DNA of 64,000 nucleotides from the human T2T-CHM13v2.0 reference genome, Homo sapiens: assembly GCF_009914755.1 (NCBI RefSeq), contig NC_060935.1; one strand, written 5' to 3'. The position numbers and the translations under genes are program-made. Below, piece by piece: positions 43,113-55,736 of this stretch (positions are counted from its first letter, which is position 1; the number at the start of each line of letters is the position of its first letter). The notes beneath the pieces were generated by a model. It worked only from the letters and a program-made list of their open reading frames with translations, was not told the origin of the DNA and did not search any database.

Positions 43113-44186
43113 CATTGAAATGCTCCACCACTTAAATATCTTGGGAAAGTTTCTATACCTCATCTTACCCAAAAACTGAGGCAAATGGTATTTCTTTCAC
43201 AGCAGTGATGATGTTAACAATCAAATTCCACAGATATTTACTGAGCACTTGAAACACATGAGAAATTACCTATAGCTGAGTCTGTCACATGGAATTGCAC
43301 CAAAAATTAGATAAGTTGAAATTTGAAACCCTCATGGGTTAAGTAACCAAGTGTTTTTCTTCAGGGTTCTTTCTTTGCAGACAAAGCAATGACCTTATAG
43401 AGGAAGAAAGTGAGACTATAGTGTTAACTGTACAGGGTAAACCAATGGCCAGGACCACATGATCTCTTTTGCCATCGGCTCCCTGTGGCCTAGCACCATG
43501 CCCGGCATAACAAGTGTTTAAGTAAGTAATATGTTTACTTATTGAATGCAGAATAAAGGAGTGATGTAAGTAAAAACCATGGGGATCCTAGAAGGCTGTC
43601 CCCCACAAAAGGTGATGACACTTTGGCTTTTAGTTAAAAATGTCCTTTTGGTTAGGACAGGAAGGAAAGAAACTCGACTCTGGGAGGGGCCCGAGGGTTG
43701 CTTTGGATGGAATTGCTTTGCGGCTTCCTTTGTGAATGTGGGAGAATCTGCTATGTAACAGCTCCTCTGTCTCCATGCTTTTACTCTAAGCAAGCCAGAC
43801 AAACTCAGGATATCCGTGGGTGGGAATTTATTTTGGCAGCTCAAGTTGTGTAGGAAAGCCAAGAGCCTGGGGCTATTCAGTTGAACAACACGTGTTAATC
43901 TCATTCTATTTTGCATAATCTCAGCAAACATTTTGATGTCAAGAAAGTGTAATCCAAGAACAAGCAGCTTCTGTGAGAGGCTTGTTCTTGGCATGGCTCA
44001 GTAATACAGGAGGATAGAAGTGAGGTCTGCAGACAAAACCGTTTGTCCAGTACAGGCATGATCACATGCAGAAGCCCATTCTATCCACCAAATTATGATG
44101 TTATGGTGCAGAGGATGGGACCCCCAACCTACTAGTGACTGGGGTACAGGGTGACTGCTTTGCCTCTGTAGATTTGAGAGCATGGT

Positions 44187-44520
44187 TGCTATAGTCGGAA
44201 TATGTCTTCCAAAATTCATGTGTTGGATGTTTAATCCCAAATGCAACTGTGTTGGGAGGTAGGGCCTAATGGGAGGTATTTAGGTCACAAGGGCACAGCC
44301 CTTCATGAACAGATTAATACCACTATAAAAAAGGCTTATGGAAGTGGGTTTGCTCTCTTCTGCTCTTCTGCCATGTGAGAATGCAGCAAGCAGGCCAACA
44401 CCAGATGCTGGCACCCTGACCTTGAACTTCCCAGCCTCCAGGGATGTGAGAAATAAATTTCTGGTCTTTATAAATTATCCATTCTCAGGTATTCTGTTAT
44501 AGCAGCACAAAATGGATAGT
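44187..44520 (+). mobile_element. MST-type MaLR LTR
   Basis: tgctatagtc...aaaattcatgtgttgga...gaaataaatttctggtctttataaattatccattctcaggtattctgttatagcagcac. Confidence 0.88.
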
Positions 44521-45363
44521 GGGCATTGGAACTCGTTACAAAAAGAAAAAAAGGAAAAAGCTGATGTGACCGGTAAGAAAATGGTGAAGATGTCATGGAG
44601 GAATACATTCCCTGCTACGCCCTGATGGGGTGGGGTCATAAAGATGTGGTTTCTGAGAGCAAACTGTCTACAGTGGGAACGAACAGCCAACTCAAGTCCC
44701 TGGCCATAGCTCAAAAACCTTAAGGTGACAAAGGTGGATCTTAGGAGGCGTTGGCCCTCTGCTGATTGCTGTCTCTTGTGCATTCCGATCCTCTACACCA
44801 TCATCTCCTCTTCACAGGTAACAAATCATGAAAGAATCTGTAATTCTGGTCGAGGTGGGTTTACTCACCAGTAGACGTATATGTGTATATATCTCCCAGT
44901 TATGGCATTTTCACATTAAAATGATTTTAAGTGTCACCTAAGAACTCCCTTTATTCCAGTCCCCCCCAACACACACACACACAAATCCCATTGCCCCCAC
45001 CAGATACTCATTCCATTTGATAGGTAGGAAAACCCAGTTTCATGGAGGGGGATGTGCTTTTTCCAACGGATTCACAGCAACTTAGCGTTAGACAGTGCTG
45101 GGCTATGACTTACATCTGTCCGCTCCAGATTCTCTGCTCTTTATGCTCTACACGCTGCCTCCCACACTCAGACTCTCTTATTTCTTGATATTTAGGAAGC
45201 ATGGCACTTCCAAATCATCTGTATTTTCTCCTGGATGATTTTTACTTGTATCTAGTGGGCTGAGAGTAATGTTAGTCTAGGAGAGAAATCATCACAGGCC
45301 CAAGATAAAGGGGATGTTGTTACCATGGACTCCAAGGAAATTAGGCAATAGGATTAAAAAGTA

Positions 45364-45364
<1 letters not shown>

Positions 45365-45397
<33 letters not shown>

Positions 45398-45520
45398 TAT
45401 AAAGAATAAGTATATATAAATATATATGTAAAAGTACATATAAATATATAAAATGTATGTAAGAAATTAAATATAATACAGATATGATATATAATATCTT
45501 AATATATGTAATATATTAAC
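45365..45520. repeat. (TG)n microsatellite plus AT-rich low complexity
   Basis: About 12 TG units followed by (TA)-rich sequence. Confidence 0.85.
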
Positions 45521-46916
45521 TTCTTGTTTATTTGGTATGGGTTTGTGAGTGTAGCATGAAAAGCTTGAAATTAAATCCTGATTCTACCACTCATACGATT
45601 AATGACTTTTGTATAGTCAGTTTCTCCCAACTTTAATTTCGTCATGTTTAAATGAAGGATAATTATACCTATTTACCAGGGTTGTGGTAAGGGTCATATG
45701 GAATCATGCACTGTTTCAGGGATGCTTTTGACTTTAGTGACAGAAATGTTCACCCATACTGATTTAGACACATACAGATTTAATGTTCTCACACACCAAG
45801 ATATCTGGAGGCAAGTAACTGCTAGTGTTAACTTAGCAGTTCAATTCAATGTGGGTTGATGCCTTTGCAATTCTCTTCTCCTCTCCTTTATGGTTGTATT
45901 ATGGCTGCTGCAGCTCTTTCCATCACATCTGTAATCCAGTAGGAAGTGGTAAGGGGAAGCAAAAATGTCTCTGTCAGAAAATCAAAAGCTTTCTCAGAAA
46001 TCCCACAACAGACTTCCAATTATCCTGTCCAGAGCTGTGTCATATGGACACCTTTGGCTGGAAGGTGGCAAAGAAAAAGAAGTTGGGAAATGGTCCGTCT
46101 ACTATGTCTGCCAGCAAAAAGCCTTTCCATAGGGCACAATTGTATTAGTATGGAATGAATGCTCTCATTTCTCTTCTTTCAAGAGATTCATGTAAGTGTG
46201 CCAGGAGCTCTAGAATAAAGGAAAGATGGTGGGGCTGGTGAAATGACAAAAAGCAGGCTGAGTTTCTGGTCATTTTCTGGAAGACGATTATTTGTTGCCA
46301 GACTCGCTTATGCAGGTGACCTCAGTGGTCTGGAAGTCAGCACTACCTGGTGAGTAAGGGGAGAGAGGACTATTGAGGACTAGATAGGAGAAAGACATCC
46401 CACCCCACCCTACCCCCACCCACCCTGGCTGGGCTGCTGGACACTTCCATCTGGATATCAGCCCTCAGTCTGGTCGCACTCAACATATCCACAAGCAAAT
46501 TGGCATTTGGGGGACATTAAACCATCTTTACCATTGGATTTTACTGTCCATCAGGGGCTGCAACAGCTTCTTTCTTGTTGAGGCTCTAAGGTTCAGAGCC
46601 CTCTTTTGATTGTGAGGACTGAATCTTAGCAGGCAACTGGCTGTATCACCCAGAAACAAGGCAGTGCTGGTGACAGGGACAGTCAGACAAGATGGAGGGC
46701 AGCAAACTGGAGGGGAGCCCTGTCACTTTAGAGGAGGCAGAGTAGAACACAGAACCTCTGTCATGGGGGTATCATCTGGATAAAAGCAAAATGGGCTCTC
46801 ATCTCTGTTGCCTCCCCTCTCTACTCCATTTCTGGTCAGGCCAAAGATCTATTGCTTGATCTTCTCCAGTCTCTCTCTTTTTCTCAGCCCTTGCCCCTCT
46901 CACATGGATTACAGGG

Positions 46917-47296
46917 TGATATGGTTTGGATTTGTGTCCCTGCCTGCATCTCATGTTGAACTGTAATCCCCAATGTTGGAGGAGGGCCCTGGTGGGAGGT
47001 GGTTGGATCATGGGGGCAGATTTCTCCCTTGCTGTTCTCATGATGGTGAGTTTTCATGAGATCTGGTTGTTTAAAAGTGTGTAGCACCTCCTGCTTTATG
47101 CTCTTCTTCCTGCTCTGGCCATGTAAGATGTGCCTCCCTCCTCTTTGCCTTCTGCCATGAGTGTAAGTTTCCTGAGGCCTCCCCAGCCATGCTTCCTGTA
47201 TAGCCTACAGAACCGTGAGCCAATTAAACCTTTTTTCTTTATAAATTACCCAGTCTCAGGTAGTTCTTTATAGCAGTGCAAGAATGGACTAATACA
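46917..47296 (+). mobile_element. MSTA-type MaLR solo LTR
   Basis: tgatatggtttgg ... ggactaataca; 5-bp TSD caggg / caggc. Confidence 0.92.
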
Positions 47297-50073
47297 CAGG
47301 CATAGCCAGACTGGGGATCCTTGACCACAGTCTATCCTCTTCCAACCAGGTGATATCCTGATGGTGTGGAAGGAGCCACTCACCTTGTTGTAGTAAGGAT
47401 AGCTGAGTTCTAATCTAAGCCTGACTCCTCTCCACTTCCCAGCCATGTGACTATACTGCTTTCATTCTCACTTAACACATTGGTAAATAATATCATCATT
47501 AGAGAGTTGCTGCCAGGGCTGAGATAGGCAATGTTTGTGAAAAGGGCCTCATGGGCTTCAAGGACTAATTTGATGGGAATTTGAGTAAGGAAGGGACAAA
47601 AGGAATAGGTGGGCTTCAGATGTCTCACCTAAGCTTCGACAAGAGCGGCTCTTCTCTTTTTTACATGTTGGGCTTCTGGAGAAATATCATGTGAAAAAAA
47701 GTTTTTCTGAATAAATAAATAAGGAAACCACCAATTTATGTTAAGTGCATAACTCTTAATAAATACTGCTCACTTCCTTTCCCCAACCGCTTCTTCAAAA
47801 AATGGCAATTGCCATTTCCAATGACTTTTGCTCCATGCAGTTTTAAAAGTTAAAAAAAAAAATACACTAAATGTTTGCCACTTGCATCTAATTATGAGAA
47901 TGACTGGTCCAGTGATTCTGTGTATTGAGATCACAACTCCGGTGCTTATCTCTTAATCCATCAGTCCCAGATCACCATCCTGGGACTCATTTTTCTTTGG
48001 CATGACTTCTTTCTGCAGCCAAAATTTCCTGGACCTGCCTGAACTGCCGTCTCCATGCAGCTCCCCTTTCACTTAGCTGACCTGATAAATGGCCAACAAG
48101 GTCTGGTTTCAGCAATGGGCACGTTTCACTAGAAAACAATTAAAGTGACCAAAACCTGCTGAGATCTAATAAATATTCACTCATCCGCCTGAACAGATGC
48201 CAGTTACAGCAGAAGGAAAAAACAGTGTCTGGAGTCAGGGAATTCGCTGTGGTCTGGAGCTCCTAGCACAGGTGTCAAAAGAAATACGATGAAATGAAGA
48301 TAATCTTGCTATAGAAAGGGCATCAGGGAACAGAGAAAGATGGGGTGCAGGAAGGTAGGTGTCTATGTGAAAGTGACACCCAGAGATCCCACAAGGATTT
48401 ATCTCCTTTTAGCAGAGATGGTGACTTGAATATGGCTCCTTAATAACGTTTGTATAGTAAATCTTTGGGTCCCTTTGTAGTCCTCAGAACAGGGCCCTAA
48501 GATTCAGGGATACTTACAGAGCAAGGCTTAGAGTGCTCAGGCTATAGGAGATATGGGAATGCATGACTCACACTTCTGTGATTAGAGACTTTAGTTCCTG
48601 TAGGAGGAATGGCAAGCTCTAGGTGAAGTTCAGGAAGATCTACATGGGCTAGTGGGTCTAAAGATTCTGTAATTTCAAAGGGGAAATCACCTCTGCCTGG
48701 AGGGGATTAAGGAAGCTTCATGGATGAAGTGGCATTTAAGATGCATTCTGGAATATGGAGGTGGGTTAAGGCCATTTGAGGAAGAGTGGATTCTGTGAGC
48801 AAAGGCTCGGGGAGAGGAGGAGTGGATTGTGCCCAGGGTCAGCTTGAGGTCCTGTAAAATCCTGTGGTTTGGAGACAGAAGACCAGGTTCTGGTCCAAGC
48901 CTCCATCTGTTCATAAGGAAACTCAACTTCTGAGAAAAGAGTTATGTGTCCAAATTCACACGGCCAATTAAAGGCTTCTTATGAAGTTCCAGAGTGACAG
49001 CTTACCAACAAATGAAGCATCAGTGGACAATACAAGAAGTGGTTTGGTTAATTACTAACTGTGAAAGAAGTTTTTGAGCTCAGAGGAGATAGAGTGCTGT
49101 AGGTGACAGAAGAAGCCTTCCTGGAGAAGGCACAGAGAAAGTTTATCAGAGAATAGGGTAGAAGAGCAGAATGAGGGACAAGGAACTTCTAACTGTGGAA
49201 CCCAGGCACTGGGTCAGGCACAATATACATCTAATTGATAAAAAGGCTAATTGCAGTTACTATTTTTGGTGACCAATTATGTATTAGACATTTTATTTAC
49301 ATCATCTCTAAAATGTAAAATGATCCTGCCAGGTATGAAAAATTATTCCATTTTGCAAATTAGAAAACAGAAGGTCGAAAGAATTACCCAATCCACCCTG
49401 CTGTCAGGAATCACAGCCAAGAAATAAAAAGTGATCTGCTCCCTATACCACATTGATGCCAAGGTTGTTTTTGTCTATTTATTTACCTAACAATTACAAA
49501 ATAATCACTATCCCACTTTACATATGAGAAAACATGTTCAGAGTGGCTAAGTAATTTACCCAAGGCCACACAGCAAGGATGTGGCAGGTTCTGTCTAAGG
49601 GCAGAGCTGATGCTTTTTGCCGGATGACACATTCTTTACCATTGTGGATTTGGATGGGTCTAAAGGGAATGGACAAAGTGAGAGTACAAAGGTGTGGAGG
49701 CTGGAACAAGCACATGAACCTATAGAATGTTGAGGCCACCTGCCTCCTGTCCATCTGGATCTGTGTGAATCTGAAGGGCACAACATCTTGATCTTGGCTC
49801 CACCTTCTGTTCTCAGTTCAAAGACTTCTCAAGCCAGAGTATTCTTTACTCTAGCTACATTGTGCTTTGGGTAATGAAAGGTTGAAATTGTGAAATTCTC
49901 TAGTTTCACTCTCCCTGCTCACTATATAGACAAACCTGGCTCCCTAATTTCTGGGTAAGTTATTTCTTCTGTTCGAGCCTCAGTTTCCTCCTGTGTTAAA
50001 TGGGAGCATCGATCTTCACTTCAAGGATTGTGTGAGTAATAAATTAAACAATGTTGATTAAGAGTTTGTAGCA

Positions 50074-50367
50074 GGCTGGGCGTGGTGGCTCATGCCTGTA
50101 ATCCCAGCACTTTGGGAAGCTGAGGAGGGCAGTTACTTGAGTTCAGGAGATCGAGACCAGCCTGGCTAGCATGGTGAAACCCTGTCTCTACTAAAAATAC
50201 AAAAATTAGCTGGGCATGGTGGCACACACCTGTAATCCCAGCTATTCAAGAGGCTGAAGCGAGAGAATTGCTTGAACCCAGGAGGCAGAGGTTACAGTCG
50301 CTGAGATTGCGCAACTGCACTCCAGCCTGGGTGACAGAGCGAAACTCCGTCTCAAAAAAATAAAAAT
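50074..50367 (+). mobile_element. AluS inserted in a MIR (~49940-50430)
   Basis: Full dimer; MIR core gagcctcagtttcctcctgtgttaaatggg upstream and acaatgtctggcacaca downstream. Confidence 0.93.
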
Positions 50368-52052
50368 TTAGAACAATGTCTGGCACACATTTGGCATTTC
50401 ATACAGAGCTGTGGTAGTAGTACTGTTATCAGTAGACGGTGTATTGTTAATATGACCATTTTCATCTGCCCCAGCCACTCAGTCCTCAGCCCCCAGGATC
50501 CATCAGACCTGAGCCAGCCAGCCAGTATCAGTATCCCTCCTGTTCTCTCCCAACTGATATGGGCTTTCAGCAAGACTCTTTTTTGCTATATGGCAGGAAG
50601 GACTGAGCTAGAAGAATAGGAGTGATGTGGGGTATAACTGGGCAGGGCAGCCAGGAGTTTTTAAAAATAATTCATGGAAGTGATGGGGAGTCCCAGGGTA
50701 GGGGACAGCACATAAAGCAGGCATTGCCCCATGGCTAACCAAGACTCCCTAGGGAAACCAATTTCTGAGAAGAAAATGAATTCTCTCCTCTCCAGTCTCT
50801 CCTCATTCCTACCTCACCCTCCTTTGCCAACTCTGGGCTCCAGCTGGTCTGGGACGCAGCTCACCTCTGCCCGGTCATTAACAGTTCGTTTGCTTAAATA
50901 CCCATCATCATTACTGCCAATGGCTCCTCAGGGCACCATTGCATCTCAGGAACAGCAGCAGACATTCTCCTCTGACTGATGGCCCCACGCTCAGCCCTGC
51001 TACCTGCTAATGACTCCTGGGCTGACAGCCCAGTTTGGGGGCAGCAGGATGTGGAACACTGAAGGAGGTCTGTACTTCTCCTGTGAGTTCCTCTGACCCT
51101 CATAGTCCTGGAAAAGACTTGGCCCTGAGAATGACAATGCCCCAAATCCTCAAGGAAGAGGGTACAGGAGGCATCCTCAGTGACCACTGTCTAAAATCTC
51201 ACTTCCTGAGAGGTTGTCTCTGCTCATGTCACAGGGTATCTCTGTTTTCCTTTTGCTTGGAGGGTGTTTCTCCTGAGTATGTCAGGACATGAGATCCAAG
51301 AGGAAGGAGACTCCCCTGACTTGACTACCACATCGTGCCAGCCTATTTAGAAAGACTCTCTCATCTCTGCATTTCCAGGCAGGTGGGATTGTGCCCACTT
51401 TACAGATGAGGGATCTGAGACTCATGGAATTTGAGTGAGCTTCCCAAGATCACACAGCCAGGGTGTGGCAGTGTCATTTTCTAAATTCAGTTTGGTCCAA
51501 ACCCAAAGGCCAAACTTCTTCCTCTGCCCCAGATGTTCAATGTGAGGCAAGCACGAGGATTCTGCAAAATTGAGAAGCCAATAGGCATGGATAAATTGAG
51601 CAACTGCCTACCTTACAAAAGCATTTTCTGTTAAAAATGTTACTTAGTTATGAAGACATTTTGTGGTTTTGTTTGAGGGGAACACCACTAATTTTCCCCT
51701 TCCCTGACTCACTGACCCCTCCCCTTTTCTGCATTATCTCATAGGATGCTGTTTCTGTTTATTCCGGGCACAGGAGACTGCTCTTAGTAACAACACTGTC
51801 TAATTTTTCAATATGCCAAGGGCTTTTTAAAGCTTGACATGTGTTAAGTCATTGAATGTTTACAATAAACCCATGTGGTGGGTCTTGTTCCTATAAGCAT
51901 TCACAGATGAGGGAATTGAGGACAGAGAGGCTAAAAAAACTTGCTCAAGGTCATCATAGCTAAGTTAGAATCCTTAAAGGGCGTGGTGAGAGGCATATCT
52001 CTTTAAGGGCATCATTCCTGTGCTCATGTGCTCCTATCTTTGTCTGACCCTC

Positions 52053-52375
52053 TTTTTTTTTTTTTTTTTTGAGGCAGAGTCTCACTCTGTCACCAGGCTG
52101 GAGTGCAGTGGCACGATCTCAGCTCACTGCAACCTCTGCCTGCACGGGTTCAAGTGGTTCTCCTGCCTCAGCCTCCCGAGTAGCCGGGACTACAGGTGCC
52201 CATGCCCAGCTAATTTTTGTTATTGTTTTTGTGTGTGTGTGTATATATTTTAGTATACACAAACATGGGGTTTCACCATGTTGGCCAGGATGGTCTCAAT
52301 CTCCTGACCTCGTGATCTGCCCATCTAGGCCTCCCAAAGTGCTGGGATTACAGGCGTGAGTCACCATGCCCAGCC
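52053..52375 (-). mobile_element. AluSc-like with a microsatellite in the linker
   Basis: ctgtcaccaggctgg and ggccaggatggtctcaatctcctgacctcgtgatc; linker expanded with (TG)n(TA)n. Confidence 0.92.
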
Positions 52376-52839
52376 ATGGTCTGATCTTCTTAAATCACCT
52401 ACAGTTTAAGCTATAATATCGGGAGTTGAGGAACAGATTGCTGTGGAGTGAAGCAGGTTTAGAAGGGCCTGAAGCCTGGACATGCTTTGTGGTGGGGTTG
52501 GGCATGGGGGCTGACCTGGTGCTGGCAGGGAGAATACATCTTGCTTAACAGGAGAGAACAATCTCCAAGCCCCTTGTCAGCAGGAGGAGATATCAGGGCA
52601 GGGACCAGGTTCTATAATAGGTCTGGAAGCTGCTAGGAAGCTCAGCCAGGAGCTGGAGGGTAGGCTTGAGGGAGGCATTGATTGTGGGACCAGAATCAGG
52701 AATGTATTCAGAAGAAGGGCCTTGGGCCCTCAGGATGAATTTATGGTGTGGCTCTCAAACCAGGCAGAATGAATCACCCCCTCCTCTGGCTCCCTAGCAT
52801 TTGACCACATCCCTGTTGTCACACTTATTTCTTTGTCTA

Positions 52840-53450
52840 AGTTGCAAAGCTAACCATGTCATTCCTCAGCTTAAAAAATTTTTAATGGCTCTGTAAGGCT
52901 ACAGGATAAATCCCAAACACCTAAAAATAATTTCCAAGGACCCCCCCGACAATGCAGTCCTGGATGACACCTTTGGCATCATCTGTCACCTCCCCTTGTG
53001 AGCTTTGTTTCATCAGAACAACACAACTGTCAGTCCACATCACAACAGGTTTCCTCTCATCCTCTTCTATCATGTACCTGTGATTCCCTTTGCTGGGAAA
53101 CTATCTCTACCTTTCTGGCCACAGCTACACCACATACATTTACACCTATGCCCTGTTGCCTGGAGAATTATTCATTTTTTGGCTCAGATATTGGTGCTGC
53201 TGGGAGCCCTTCTTAGCCAACCCCACTCCAATCCTAATGGCCAGACCACGTTTCAATGCCCTTGCTGTATTTCCTCTTAGCAACCGGTATTTTCCTCCAT
53301 CATGCACTTGCCCTCTGGACTGTGATGGCTTTTTGGTCTGTGATGGACCTTCGCTCTCACCCCATGAGGGCAGGCACTCTGTCGTTTTCATCATTGTATA
53401 CCAGTGTCTGACACGCAGTATGTGGTTAATCCACATTGCGGAATGATTGA
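52840..53450 (+). mobile_element. L2 fragment
   Basis: catgtcattcctcagcttaaaa...aatggctc...caggataaatcccaaac; catgaggggcagg...tcattgtataccagtgtctgacacgcagt. Confidence 0.65.
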
Positions 53451-54713
53451 GTGGCCTCCATGTTTTTGCCCTGAGACTAGTTCCTTTCCAGAGTGACTCG
53501 GACACTATATCTGGGTTATCAGTAGGACTCAAGAGCCTCCCTCAAGGTGGGCACAGAGCAGACAGAAGTAGAATCTGACTTGACTGAAAACAACCTAGGA
53601 AATCGTGCAGTGGGACCAGCACCTGTTCCCAGACTTCAGTGAAATAGTCAGTCAGGCCCAGGTCATGAAAATGGGAACCAGCGAGTGCTAGGCCCTGAGG
53701 TTAGTGTCAGGTTGCAGCCAGGATGGCCATGCCAAGTCACCCTGTGTCCCCAATAATAGATACTTAAAGAACCACAAGCTGGTGACAGGACTGGTCCCTG
53801 AGGCTTGTTTGAAGCTGACCTCTAATTAGTGTCATGTGGAAAAGCTGGGACTATGGGAGCGGAGGAAAGGCAGTGTGTGCAATGAGTCCCCGTGCATGAG
53901 CAAGAGAGGGCAGTTGGAGAAAGGAGAGACTGAAATGTCCCCTCGCAGGCTGAGTTAGTGGGAGGCTAAGAGCCCCTCTTCCTCTTGGCTTTCTGAGGCT
54001 GAGGCTGGACTGGAGGGACCCTCAGCAGGAGAGGTCCCCCAGAGAGGCCCAGTCCTAGGAGAGGTTCACATTGCAGTGTGGCCCCAAAATGGGCAGGGAC
54101 CCTGACTGAGGCAAGTCCCAGGAGCTGACTCAGCTGAACAAAGGTCTAAGGTCAAGTTCTGGCTCAATTAGTTGGCCTGTGTGAACCTGATAAGTCACTT
54201 CCCATCTATGAACTTCAATTTCCTTCTCAACAGAATGCAGAAGTTGAGCCTAAGGTCTGCAATTACCTAACCCACTTAGTCTAGCATCTAAAACCTAGCT
54301 GTGTATGTGCCAGCTTTATCCAGTTTAATCCACTCAACCTCAGTAAATACTTGTCTGCATAATATAATAGCATAGTCCCTGGAGTCAGATTAGTGGGGTC
54401 TGAACTCTGATCTTGCAACTTGCTAGATGCGGGACCTTGGAAAATATTCTTGACTTCTCCATGACTAGCTTTCTTCATCTCTAAAAAGGGAATAGCATTT
54501 GTCATCAGACTCTTAGGAGGGTTACATGAGACAGTGCAGGTAAAGCAGAGGCTGGCTCATGATACAAGCTTGATAAACATTGGCTAATATTGTCAGTCAG
54601 GATCCTCCAGATTTTGTCAACACACCCAATTGATTTTCACTCACTTTCATTTGCCCTTTTCTCCCCAATTCCTCTCTACTTCTATCCAAACCTAACCTAT
54701 CCTTCAAAGGTGG

Positions 54714-55191
54714 TATATTAGTCAGACTTCTCCAGAGAAACAGAACCAATAGGATTAATTAATTAATGAATTCCTTATAAGAAAGTGACTCACATGTTTA
54801 CAGGGCTGGCAAGTCCCAGGGTAAGTTAGGCAGGCCGAACACCCAGGAGAGTCAATGGTTTGGTTCTAGTCCAAAGGCCAGCAAACTTGAGACCCAGGAA
54901 GAGCTGATGTTTCAATTCAAGTCCTAATGCAGGAAAATGTCAGCATCCCAGTTTGAGAGCAGTCAGGAGGGAGGAATTCTATTACACCCAGAGGGTCGGC
55001 CTCTATGTTCTATTCAAGCCTTCGACTAACTGGATGGTGCCCAACCACATTAGGGAGGGCAATCAGCTTTCCTCAGTCAAATGCAATTCTCACCCAAAAA
55101 CACCTTCACAGAAACATCCAGAATAATGTTTGACTAAACGTCTGGGCATGCTGTGGCCCAGTCAAGTTGACACATACAATTAACCATCACA
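54714..55191 (-). mobile_element. MLT2B-type (ERVL) solo LTR
   Basis: attagtcagacttctccagagaaacagaaccaatagg ... cagtcaagttgacacatacaattaaccatcaca; perfect 5-bp TSD ggtgg (54709-54713 / 55192-55196). Confidence 0.92.
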
Positions 55192-55385
55192 GGTGGCTCA
55201 AGGACCCCTCCTCCTCCTGATAGACCCACTCACGTCTTCCATTGCCTGGGATCTTGAACTTGTCTTTTTCTGAACTACTAGAGGATTATTTCTGGTTGTC
55301 CTATTTTTTTTTCCTTTTTCTTTTTCTTTTTTCTTTCTTTCTTTTTTTTTTTTTTTGCCAATCACTTGCATTATGATCTTCATTA

Positions 55386-55736
<351 letters not shown>

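Noticed and set aside
44863-47386. Minus-strand donors CTG|GTGAGT (~44868) and AAG|GTGAGT (~47383)
   Set aside because: No convincing paired acceptors or promoter were found; isolated donors of this quality are expected by chance.
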